A program made the translations under genes and the position numbers. The notes below the pieces were generated by a model. It saw only the letters and a program-made list of their open reading frames with translations, did not search any database and was not told the DNA's origin. Positions 23,851 to 34,145 of a DNA stretch of 64,000 nt are shown here, one piece after another (within the stretch, counting starts at the first letter, position 1; each line of letters begins with the position of its first letter). The DNA is from Squalus acanthias (taxonomy: Eukaryota), in contig CM059432.1 in assembly GCA_030390025.1 (NCBI GenBank), positions 14,138,001-14,202,000 on the forward strand, in the 5' to 3' direction.

Positions 23851-24594
23851 GGCCCAGAAATTAAAGACTGAGTGTTGACGCGGGGGTAAGGCTTCCCCGC
23901 GATCTCTCACTCCGCGTTGGCTTTTTCAGATCCAGCTCGCACGAACTTGATGTTCCAGACATCAGCTGGGCAGTGCTTGCGTATCCCACCGGCGTAGTGA
24001 ATTCGTGCGAGCTGTGGGATCACGTGACTCAGTTAGAGCCAATGGCAGCACACCATCTTCCATTCATAAGTTTCACATACGTGCTGTGAAAGCTATGAAT
24101 CTTACACACCCCCAAAATAACAGCTAAATCTCAATTAAATTTTTATAAAAAACCATCACATTAATAAAATAAGTATAGTTAAATAAATTAACCATTTTAA
24201 ATAAAAAATTAAATTTTTGAAAAAATTTAAAATCTTTTAAAAAGTTATAAAAATAAACTTACCTGTCTTTAAAGTCTCTAAAAAAGATATACCTGTTAAA
24301 AAAAATTCAAAATAATGCTTAATTCACTACTTACCTTGTTAAAAGTGGGTCTTACTCCTCCTTTTTTCATTTCTAAAATCTTCCGTCCTTACCTGCGCGT
24401 CCAAAGCACTAAGTGCACAGCGTGCGCGCAGCCTGTAGCGCGCACGCGGTGCACCGAGGAACCGCCCCCTTTTCCAAAAACCAAGTGCCGGTTTTCAGCG
24501 CATGCGCAGTGCATGCAGAAAACCGGCAATTGGTGACAGAATACGCGAGAGTACACAGTGCGTACTCTCGCGTCGCGGGACTAATTTTTGGGCC
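23851..24594 (-). mobile_element. ~745-bp non-autonomous TIR element, copy 3 (diverged subfamily)
   Basis: TIRs GGCCCAGAAATTA / TAATTTTTGGGCC; AT flanks; colinear with 15736-16495. Confidence 0.85.
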
Positions 24595-25130
24595 ATTATT
24601 GCATTCCATATACAATATCCCCTGCCCTCCTATCCCACTTCGCTTTAAAAAATGCTCAAAACAACTCTTCCAAAAACTTGTATTTGACTTCTGAAGAAAT
24701 CTCTTCACCCATTTGATTCTAAAGAATTTTTTCTTCAAAATATCTGGGAAATTGAGTCCTCCCTGGTTTCTCCGTCCAATGATGGTATTGTAAGCAACCA
24801 AGGCTGGTTTCCCTTCCCATAAAAACCTCACACAAGCCTCTCGGATGGACTTTTCCGCCCACTCAGGAATATCCTCCACCGCCAATAAGTACCATAGCTT
24901 AGATAGCAGGAGAGCGGACACCACTGTCGCTCTTCCTTGCACTTTCAACCACCTTCTTTCCCATCTTCCCAAAATCTTTTTAATTTTCATAACCTTCGGT
25001 TCCCAACTTAATTGATCCACTTCATCCCTGTCTTTCTTGCACCCCATATGCACCCCCAGAACTTCCAAAACCTCCACCACCTTAAAGGGACTTTCCTCCA
25101 ACCATTCCCCCCTACCCCTTCCTGAAACCA

Positions 25131-25672
25131 AAATGAGAAGTCGCACAACACCAGGTTATAGTCCAACAGTTTTATTTGAAATCACAAGCTTTCGGAGTTT
25201 ACACCCCTTCCTCAGGTGAAGTAAAGAAATACAGAGTCGCCAAAGCATATATAGATAGAGAACAATGCATGTGTAACTTACAATGGCAGACGACTACATT
25301 TAAATCATCCTGACTGCCTTTTGTCACACCTCGGCAGATAAACAATCAGGTCAGCCAGGAAGGTACCACATCAAAGACATAGCAAGATACAACTGAGACA
25401 ATGAGGTGGAGCCACAGGGGGTCCAATGTGTCAAAAGCCGCAGTCGGTATGGGAAACGATAAACTTTAAAATTTTTACTTTTTTACTGGGAATCACATCT
25501 GTGAACAAGCCAACGACGACTCGAGTCTGGATCACGTCATGTATCGTGACATAAACCCAAGATCCCGGTTGAGGCCGTCCTCATGAGTGCGGAACTTGGC
25601 TATCAGTTTCTGCTCGATGATTTTGCGTTGTCGTGTGTTTCTAAGGCCGCCTTGGAGAACGCTTACCCGCAT
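25131..25672 (-). mobile_element. Penelope-like element 3' end (second family) inserted in Tx1 ORF2
   Basis: RVSVLQGGL..QRKIIEQKLIAKFRTHEDGLNRD; TSD tgaaacca at 25123-25130 and 25673-25680; removing it restores the Tx1 peptide SQCLVS-GRGRG. Confidence 0.85.
25182..25219 (-). ncRNA. Minimal type I hammerhead ribozyme motif (second family)
   Basis: TCAC-CTGAGGA-a ggggt gtaa actcc-GAAA-g-CTT-GTGA with palindromic stem III AAGCTT. Confidence 0.75.
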
Positions 25673-27853
25673 TGAAACCAGGCATTGGGACTTACTATAA
25701 TTCACTCCGGCTCCTGAAGCTCTACAATACTCCCCCACTACGTCCATAGCTTTCCTCACTGACTCCCCATTTCTCAATGTTAAGGTTGTCATCTGCATAT
25801 TGGTGTATCACCGACACCAGCCCGGAACTGGGGACCGCAATCCCAACTACACCTTGTTCCTTTCGCATCATGTAACCTAATGGTTCTGCTACCAATATGT
25901 ACAACAATGGGGACAGGGGACAACCCTGTCTCACTGACCTCTGTATCGGAAAATACTTGGATAAAAAACCATTACATTTAACACAGCTAAATAAGTTTGA
26001 ATAAAAAATCCTTATCCACTCAATGAAATTTTCCCCGAAACCAAATGCTTCCAAAACCATCAATAAAATCTCATGAGAGACCCTATCAAAGGCTTTCTCT
26101 TGATCTATCTTTAATAGATAAGCCTCCCTCCTACTCTCTTCCATGAGCTCTATCGCATCTTGGATTGACACCACAGAGTCTGCGATGTCCCGGCCTATGA
26201 CTCCATAGGACTGAGAGGGCAAAACTATCTGCGGCATCACCTCTTTCATACGATTTGCAATAACCCTCACCAAGGTCTTATAATCCACATTTAATAATGC
26301 AATGGTCCTCCAATTCTTTAGATCCTTCTATCCCCTTTATTTTTATAAGCTAAGCTTATGACACCTCTCCTCATAGATGGGGCCAGGCTTCCCTCAATTT
26401 TAATCTCCTTAAAAACCTTTAAGAGCAATGGACTTAAAATCTTGAAAAATTCTTTATAAAATTCTGCACTTAGTCCATCGGACACTGGGCTTCTCCCCCC
26501 CACCCCCCGCCCCCCCCTTCCCCTTCCCCTTCGTTCCACTTATTGCTACTTTTATTTCCGCTAATCCTACTTCTTTGTCACACATGCTTCTCTCCTCCTC
26601 CTTTAAACCCTCTTTAATAAAAGCACTAACCTTCTCCATCACCAATTTGGAAATATCTTCTTTTGTATATAACTCTTGATAAAAGCTCCCCACTTTCATT
26701 AATGATCTTCTCCCCAACCTTCAACTCTCCAATTAATGATAATCTCTGTCGCAGCTTCTCCTGCTTTAGAAAATATCTAGTGGATCTTTCGCTCTCCAAT
26801 GCGTCTTTAGCCTTTGCACGGAGAATGGCCCCCTTGTATTTTTCAGCTTGCAATAATTCCCACTCTTCCTTTAAAACCAGGAACTTAGTCTCAGCTCCCT
26901 TATCCTCTCCGTCAACTGCTTTACAGACATCTATAAACCTGTTGTTTATATTCTCTTCTCGACGCCGGTTAGCTGCCGCTCTCTCTTTCCCATAACGTAC
27001 CAAAAAAACTTTTACCTCATATTTGAAATTGCCCCACCAAACTCTTCTTTCTTTCAAGAACAAAGGTTCCTTCCGAGCATTCTTTATTATTTTTTAAATC
27101 CCTTCTTTATAAGCAATTTCTTTTAGGTATTGATTGTTTAAAATCCATACCCCTGGACTCTGCTCTGCTGTTCCTAATTCCAAGAGTCAAAGCTGCATGG
27201 TCACTAAAAAATACTTTTTTGTAATAAATTTCCATCACCTCAGAAATTAACCCTTCCCGCATTAACACAAAATCTATTCGGCTCTGTTTTAAAACATCGC
27301 CCACCCAACCTGTTCTTGAGAACTCCCTTTTTATGGGGTTCCGATCCCTCCTTCTCTCAAATTTAAATTTACCATCATTTTTACAATCATCCCTCTGGAG
27401 TTTTCATCCTTAAAGGTCATCTGGGCTGAAATGTCCATTCGAGATAAAAATACATTAATATCCCCCACTATACAAGGGTTTTCCGCCTCTGCCACCACCG
27501 AAAAAACTTGCGACACTTGCACTGGTCGTTTGGTGCATAGATATTAAAGAGATTGCAATTAAATTCCTCCATTTTTACCTTTAGCCGTAAAAATCTCCCC
27601 TCAGTGTCCTTGTCCACCAAGGCAACGTTCTCTTTTATGGACGGACTCACCAAAACAGCCACCCCTCTACGGTTATTGTTTGCACAACTTGCAAACACCT
27701 CTCCCTTCCAAACCTTCCAAACTCTTTCTAGGATATCCTCATCTCAAAAGGTTTCTTGCAGACACAACAAGTCAGTGCCTTTAAAACACAGCAACAACTG
27801 CTGCACTTTCTTCTCACCCCTCAGTCCGTTCACATTAATCGAGACCAATGTAA

Positions 27854-29552
27854 TCATGGCTCCGAATAAGGGAAGTATGCCTGATAATCTCCCCATCTTT
27901 TAATCTCTGGCCCTTCCCTCCTCTCAAGCTCCTTCCCAACTTTTCGGGCAGCTGTTGCTTTTCCCTGCAGCCTCTGGCTCTTTTTCATCTCCTGTTTGAA
28001 CCTTCCCTGCAGTTTCAGCCTCTTCCTTGCATTAGTATTGGGCTGAGGAGCTGCCGCTTCCCCCTCCTTCTGTCCCTCACTAACCTTTCCCTTTCCACAT
28101 GATACCACCACACCCCCCACTTCCATGTCTCTGACCCCCTCTGATTCCTCACTCTCGAGCTCTTCTGTAACCTTCTGTTCCTGCTCCCCTTCAGATACAT
28201 AATCCTGCTCCCCGTCAGATACGTAATCTCCCTTAGAGAGTCTTCCTGCTATCGCGGTTTCTCCAACAGTGCCGCTTCCTTCGGTCTCATCTCCACCACT
28301 GACCCTTGCTCCCTGTTTCTTCTCTCTCTGGGACAATGGCGCACCTATATTGCTCCCTTCTGACGTTTTTGTCTCCCCGCTCCCGTCCTGCTGCTCCTTT
28401 AAGACTCCTGCCTCTTGCACCCTCTCCTTGTCTTGCCCCTCCCGCTCGCCAAGATGTCCGACTCCCCGCCTTTCTTTGGAGTACTTACATTTACCACGCA
28501 CCCCGCTCCCGCCTCCTCTCCCCCCGCGGACACCAGATTCTTTTGGGAGTGCCGAGCCGTATTATGGCTCGACTCTGCCCTTGACCCGTGCTGCCCTCTG
28601 CTGTCTTTGTCCTTTTCCACTGTACTTGGTGTGTTTTCCACCATCTCCATCCTGTTCTCTGCTCCGCAATTTTCTGCCTCTTCCTGCGCTCTTTTCTCCT
28701 TCCATTCACCAGCTGTGTCCTCCGCCTGCTCTGCTCCTCTGGCCGTTCCTCTCATACCTCCTGCTCCTTCTCCCATCTCCTCGCCACTCAAGAGGCTTCA
28801 TTCTGCTTCACACTCACAGCGGGTGGGGCCTTTGTGACACAACCTACAGCTCTCCGCCTTGCAGCTCCGAGCCATGTGTCCAGACTCGTCGCAATTATAA
28901 CAGTACAAGTCTGGACAGTTTCTTACAAGATGGTCGTGTCCAAGACAAGAATAACAAACCTTCACCTGGTTATCATGCAGTACCTGGAAGTACTGCACTC
29001 CTTCCATTATTTCAAATTTCATGCTATAACGGCAATGTCTTCACCCCCTCTGGGAACCGCACCTTTACGTAACGGGTTCCATCTGCTACCCGTGTTCCTG
29101 GATAGTATCTCCTCTTTATTGCCGAGCAAATTTTAATGTCCCACGACTCCAACTTTTTGATAAGCACATCGTCCTCAATATAAACCGGCAGGTTTAAGAA
29201 AGAGACCGCCACCTCTTCTGAATATAGCAGAGAACTTATCACCAACCTTCAAACTGAGTAAAAGTCTTTCCACCTCCTCTTGGCCACTGACCGTCACCTC
29301 GAAGCCAACATTCGGCTTTGGTCGGCAGGCAAAGCAGCTTCACTCACCACAGTCCTCATGTACCGCCTGGATAATATCCCAGGCTCGTATCTCCTTAACC
29401 TCGCACTGAACCACCACCGTGTTTTCTTTTCCAAACCTCCTGGGGTCCTGCCCCAAATCATTGGGCCTTTTTTCCTCCCTTCCCTCAACATTTTCTCCCT
29501 GATTAAATTCCTTGTGGGAACACTGTCCTCTGAGGGGCCCGGCAGCCGCCAT
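27854..29552 (-). pseudogene. Tx1 ORF1 (gag-like, CCHC zinc knuckles), disrupted
   Basis: VSFLNLPVYIEDD..DGTRYVKVRFP; CYSCLGHDHLVRNC; CYNCDESGHMARSC; long low-complexity C-terminus. Confidence 0.85.
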
Positions 29553-29620
29553 CTGGCTGCTGTTTATGGACCAAAAAGGCCCGAAAACCTGAAAAAAACC
29601 CCACCACCAACTTTTTACAA

Positions 29621-29865
29621 GGGGGTCGTTCGGCCCGATTGCCTGCCTCTCTTCTGCGGCTATGTTCGCACCCGGGTGGCCCTGGAGATGGAGCATGCGG
29701 TGTCCGCCGGCACACTTGAGGCCTTCTGAGACCGGTGGGCACCACGGGGACTGGAGTGCATCGTCGACCCGGGCAATGTAATTATAATTTAATTTGATAA
29801 GTTTTATTTAAAGTTCTGTTAATTTTCAGTTAATTTACAGTTAATTTGGTTCAAAACAAAAGAGG
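29621..29865 (+). mobile_element. 3' tip of a second Tx1-type LINE family inserted in the 5' UTR of the first
   Basis: Homologous to 33903-34145; perfect 15-bp TSD accaactttttacaa at 29606-29620 and 29866-29880. Confidence 0.85.
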
Positions 29866-30119
29866 ACCAACTTTTTACAAACTCACTCCAACGCCCTGCA
29901 GTAATCAAGCAACCAGCAGCACCTGCTCACTTCTCGCCTCTCCCACCAAGAGAGTGCTGCCCACTGAGCCACAGCTGATACTAATGCACACTTACCTAAT
30001 TCACACAGCAAGGAGCAGTCCCTTGGTAAGTTCGCAGCACAATTGGCGACGGGCTGAACATGGGAAGTCTTTAGAGAGGCTCTGAGGTGAGGAACAAAGG
30101 CCCAGGCACTTTGAGCCTT

Positions 30120-30500
30120 CTCTCAGATGTGTCTGAGGAGGGAGGCCAAAGGAAGCAAATGCACCACATGAGCCACATCTTCCAGGCGCCATTCATCGAG
30201 TCTTTCCACCTCTTGGAAGAACTCGGTAAATGTTGGACTGGTGCAAGATGTGTGAATCATGGACATTCCTGGGGAAGCAGACATTAACATGCACAATTCG
30301 AACTTGGTGCTCACGTACCATCTGGACAATAAAGGCATGAAAGGCCTTTCAATATATTTGTTCCCTGCAGTGCAACATGGTGCCTGACTAGCAACACGAG
30401 AACTATTGAGTATTTCCGGAATGCTACCAGCGGAATAAAAAGTGACGGCTGCCATTATATTGACTGGCATTAGTGCTGGCTGAAGACTGTCCCTGGAACT
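30120..30500 (-). pseudogene. Ancient Harbinger transposase remnant
   Basis: Across frames: AL..V.IMAAVTFYSAGS; KAFHAFIVQMVREHQVRIVHVNVCFPRNVHDSHILHQS (cf. KGFHSxNVQxVCD...FPGSxHD). Confidence 0.6.
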
Positions 30501-30612
30501 CATTGTTCAAGAGATGGCAGAAGCCGGTAACCTTAGTCCTTAGTCATTGCACTCAGGAAAAGCTCTGCCGTTAGTAGCTGTTGTCTGCCCTGGGCGCGTG
30601 GCCCCATGGTTG

Positions 30613-30935
30613 CATAGAATTACATAGAATTTACAGCACAGAAACAGGCCATTCGGCCCAACTGGTCCATGCCGGTGTTTATGCTCCACACGAGCCTCCT
30701 CCCACCCTACTTCATCTAACAAGATCAACATAACCTTCTGTTCCTTTCTCCTTAGAGATGTTGACTACAACAGTGACTATGATTCAAAATTACTTCATTG
30801 GCTGTAAAGCGCTTTGGGACGTCCGGTGGTCGTGAAAGGCGCCGTAGAAATACAAGTCTTTCTTTTTTCCTTCATCTGTTTATCTAGCTTCCCCCTTAAA
30901 TGCATCTATGCTAATCGTCTCAGCTACTCCCTGCG
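30613..30935 (-). mobile_element. CR1 3' fragment interrupted by a Deu-SINE tail (30753-30868, +)
   Basis: catagaattacatagaa tail; insert carries gtaaagcgctttgggacg...gaaaggcgc. Confidence 0.65.
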
Positions 30936-31857
30936 GTTAGTTGGTGTGGGTGGTCATTTTCATTCTTGCTCTGCCCTCAGTCGCCTGCCGTGATATCCGA
31001 GAGCACATTCTGCAGCTGTAACCCAGACTAGCATGTTTAGCTATTCCAGAGACACAATAACCTCGATTTTTCTGATTGAGCGTAAGCCCAACTGGTCGTT
31101 AGGCACACGGCAGAAATCGCATCCTGGCCAGCCCCACATGTACTTCAGGGTCAGCCTAAGTTAAATGTGATGGGTGAGCTCCAGGCATGGGAAAAGACCT
31201 CTCGTTGGGAGCTCGCCCATTGTGGGTTGGGAATCCATGCCTCACTGCAGGATTTAAAGTCCGGCAGGAAACCAATTATTTTGAAAATTGCAAAGCAGCA
31301 AGCTTCGGAGCACCGAAAGAGCCAACAAGGAGTGGATTCGTTTATGGAATGGCCCGGTTCGCCAATGGAGCTGTAGAAATTCTCCTCCGATCACAAGGAG
31401 ACACTGCACCACCTCTCCTACTTGTTATATTCACATACTCACCTGCTCTTGCTGCCGCCCTCACAACAGGCACAAGCAGCATTCTGCCTTTACCTGGTAA
31501 CAAACTGGAAAGTATTTCACTCCTCTGCCAACCGCTCTCACATTTCACTCTGGAGCCACTTCTTTTTTTATTTGCACATGACCCGTCTCCCCATCCTGCT
31601 CACAGCTTGCTGCTTCTTCCTCTCAGCACGCACACTATAGGAAGCTGCCTCCACAGACCCTTAACAAGAACCGCACACACCAGCTCACCCTCCACTCTTG
31701 GTGCAGGAGAAGCTGGCTCGCAACATACGGTAGAGAACTAGAACCAGGGGGACGAGTGCAGAAGAAGGTGTCGGGGGTGCTGCTCAGTGAGCTAATCGAA
31801 AGTGCCTCGGACAGTAAAACCATTGGTTTCTGTCAGCAAACACTGACATATTAACAA

Positions 31858-32557
31858 AAATTAACAACAGAAAATGCTGGAAACACTCAGCAGGTCAGGC
31901 AGCATCCGTGGAGAGAGAAACACAAGTTAACGTTTCAGGTCTGGGACCCTTCTTCAGAACTGGAAAAGGCTAGAGATGTAACAGATTTTAAGCAGGTGCA
32001 GAGGCAGGGAGAGGGGAGGGGGGGAGGAGGGGGGTGAGGAGAGGATCTGAAGGAATAGTCTGTGCTGGGGTAGGAGGCAGGAAAGGTTAAATGTTGCAAA
32101 TGGGGATGGCAGAATCATACAGCCTGAAAAATGGGGGCAGGGGTTATAGTCTGAAATTGTTGAACTCAATGTTGAGTCCAGAAGGCTGTGAAGTGCCTAA
32201 TCGAAAGATGAGGTGCTGTTCCTCGAGCTTACGTTGAGCTTCATTGGAACAGTGTAAGAGGCTGAGGACAGAGAGATCAGAGTGGGAGTGGAGCGGAGAA
32301 TTAAAGTGACAGGCGACCGGAAGCTCGGGGTCACCCTTACGGACTGAACGGAGGTGTTCCGCAAAGCGATCGCCCAATCTGCGTTTGGTCTCCCCAGTGT
32401 AGAGGAGACCACATCGTGAGCAGCGAATACAGTATACTAAATTGCAAGAAGTACAAGTAAATCGCTGTTTCACCTGGAAGGGGTGTTTGGGGCCCTGGAC
32501 AGTGGGAAGGGAGGAGGTAAAAGGGCAGGTGTTGCATCTCCTGTGCTTGCACAGGAT
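31858..32557 (-). mobile_element. Penelope-like element, 5'-truncated (GIY-YIG plus pLTR)
   Basis: ORF 32144-32473 is a GIY-YIG domain near-identical to 1801-2210; TSD atattaacaa at 31848-31857 and 32558-32567. Confidence 0.9.
31925..31961 (-). ncRNA. Minimal type I hammerhead ribozyme motif (intact core)
   Basis: AGTT-CTGAAGA-ag ggtc cca gacc t-GAAA-c-GTT-AACT with perfect AACGTT palindrome. Confidence 0.78.
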
Positions 32558-32647
32558 ATATTAACAAGGCTGGGGAAACAATGATGGTCAGTGTAAAATG
32601 CTGATAGTTGCTATGTATGAATGCTAAATAGATGAAAATCAGTGTTC

Positions 32648-32790
32648 CTTATATCAAAAGCAGTGATGCATATACTAAAGCAGTGCTGTATATATTAAAA
32701 GGAGTATTGCATGTATTAACACAATGGTGCATATATTAAAAGCAGTACTGCATGTATTAAAAGCATGCTACATATATTAAAAACACGCAT
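32648..32790. repeat. Degenerate ~20-21-bp minisatellite, about 7 units
   Basis: Units resembling atatattaaaagcagtactgc in direct tandem with no spacers. Confidence 0.75.
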
Positions 32791-33350
32791 GGTAATTGGT
32801 GCACTGTGCAACATGAGACAGCACTGTGATGTGGGCAGTAGAGGGAACTTTCATTCTGTTTTCTCTTGTGCTCAATTAATTTTCTCTGCTTCAGCTGTCC
32901 GTAGCTGCTGCACTGCGAGAATCTCTCTCTTTGTTGGAGGCTGCAGGGAGCAGCTGCCTGGAAACTCCGTTGTAACTTAATTCTCCGACATTTGTATATA
33001 CTCTTGAAGTCCCAAAAGGTGCTGGTAAGTTGTTATCTTTGGGAAGTTGAAAGTCCTTGATTCAGGAATGCTGCTGTTATTCTAACTTTTAATGAAACAA
33101 ACCAGATCCAGCTTTGGCAGCGAGGGCCCTACTCTCTGTGGATCCTCACAAGCCATGCCTGCTTCATTTTGTTGACACCTGGCTAAAAGAATGTTACTCT
33201 AGCTGGTATCCAGCTAGGATTATTGGACCTCTACGCTTAATCATTGCAGAAAATAAAAAAGGATCGGAATAAGGCTGCGGCCTTTATTAGACTGATAGAT
33301 GCCAAACAAATAATCACTTACAAAAGCTTTCAACACTACACGGCCGCCAT

Positions 33351-34145
33351 CCTCTCGGGTATCTGGCGCCTCACAACTTGAGCCGTCTCCGGGAAATCCC
33401 TTCCGTGCCTTTGCATTCTGCACGGAGGGGTTTCCTGTATGGGCTGCTCTTGCACACCCTCCGTTTTGCCATCCTCACCTGCCGTCCAGACACGCCTTGG
33501 CGCACCATCTTGCCGTCCGGAGGAGGCGGGGGTCCCCGGTGGAGGGCTCTCTACGTGGGAGTCCTCCCTTTATCTATTGGGGACTTGGCCTGGAGGGTGT
33601 TGCATGGGGCAGTCCCGTGCAATAAGGTTTTAAGTCGGTTCACGGGCTACCAGGCCGCCTGCCTTTTCTGCGGCCTGGAGGAGTCTGTGTTCCATGTTTA
33701 TGTAGAGTGTGAGAGGTTGCAGCCCCCTCTTCCATTATTTGAAGGGGCTGCTCCTCGATTTCTGGCTGCACTTCAGTCCCACGCCCCTGATCTTTGGTCA
33801 CCCGGTGCGGAGGGGAGCGGGCGGTTTGGGGGACCTCCTTGTAGGGCTGGTCCTGGGCCTTGCCAAGGCGGCCATTAACTGGTCCAGGCAGCGGGCGGTC
33901 GAGGGGGTCGTTTGGCCCAACTGCCTGCCTCTCTTCCGCGGCCACGTTCGCGCCCGGGTTGCCCTGGAGATGGAGCACGCGGTGTCCGCCGGCACGCTTG
34001 AGGCCTTCCGTGACCGGTGGGCACTGGAGGGACTGGAGTGCATCATCACTCCTGGCAACCAAATTTTAATTTAAGTTGTTAAGTTTCCTTTAATTTTTTT
34101 TGTTAACTTACAGTTTATTTGTTGATTGTTTTCCACCAATAAGAG
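33351..34145 (+). mobile_element. Tx1-type LINE 3' portion (zinc-finger region)
   Basis: GDLAWRVLHGAVPCN...ACLFCGLEESVFHVYVECERL; TSD ctaca(c/g)ggccgccat at 33336-33350 and 34146-34160. Confidence 0.87.

Larger units (their letters stand above)
21975..27857 (-). pseudogene. Tx1 ORF2 (APE endonuclease, reverse transcriptase, C-terminal zinc finger), disrupted
   Basis: MITLVSINVNGL; NIYAPN; SRIDF..SDH; DGLSAEFYK; IDQEKAFDRVSH; VRQGCPLSPLLY; QYADD; PVCGTRDETLSHLLVLC; 3' end approximate. Confidence 0.88.
21863..29949 (-). mobile_element. Full-length decayed Tx1-clade LINE carrying four nested insertions
   Basis: Poly(A) at 21863; 15-bp TSD gagagtgct(a/g)cccac at 21848-21862 and 29950-29964; ORF1 zinc knuckles; ORF2 APE-RT-zinc finger. 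Confidence 0.9.

Noticed and set aside
28269..29072. 267-aa Pro/Ser/Leu-rich plus-strand ORF
   Set aside because: Antisense to the purine-rich Tx1 ORF1.
32648..32790. Regularly spaced ~20-bp repeats as a CRISPR array
   Set aside because: Direct tandem units without unique spacers, vertebrate context, no cas genes.
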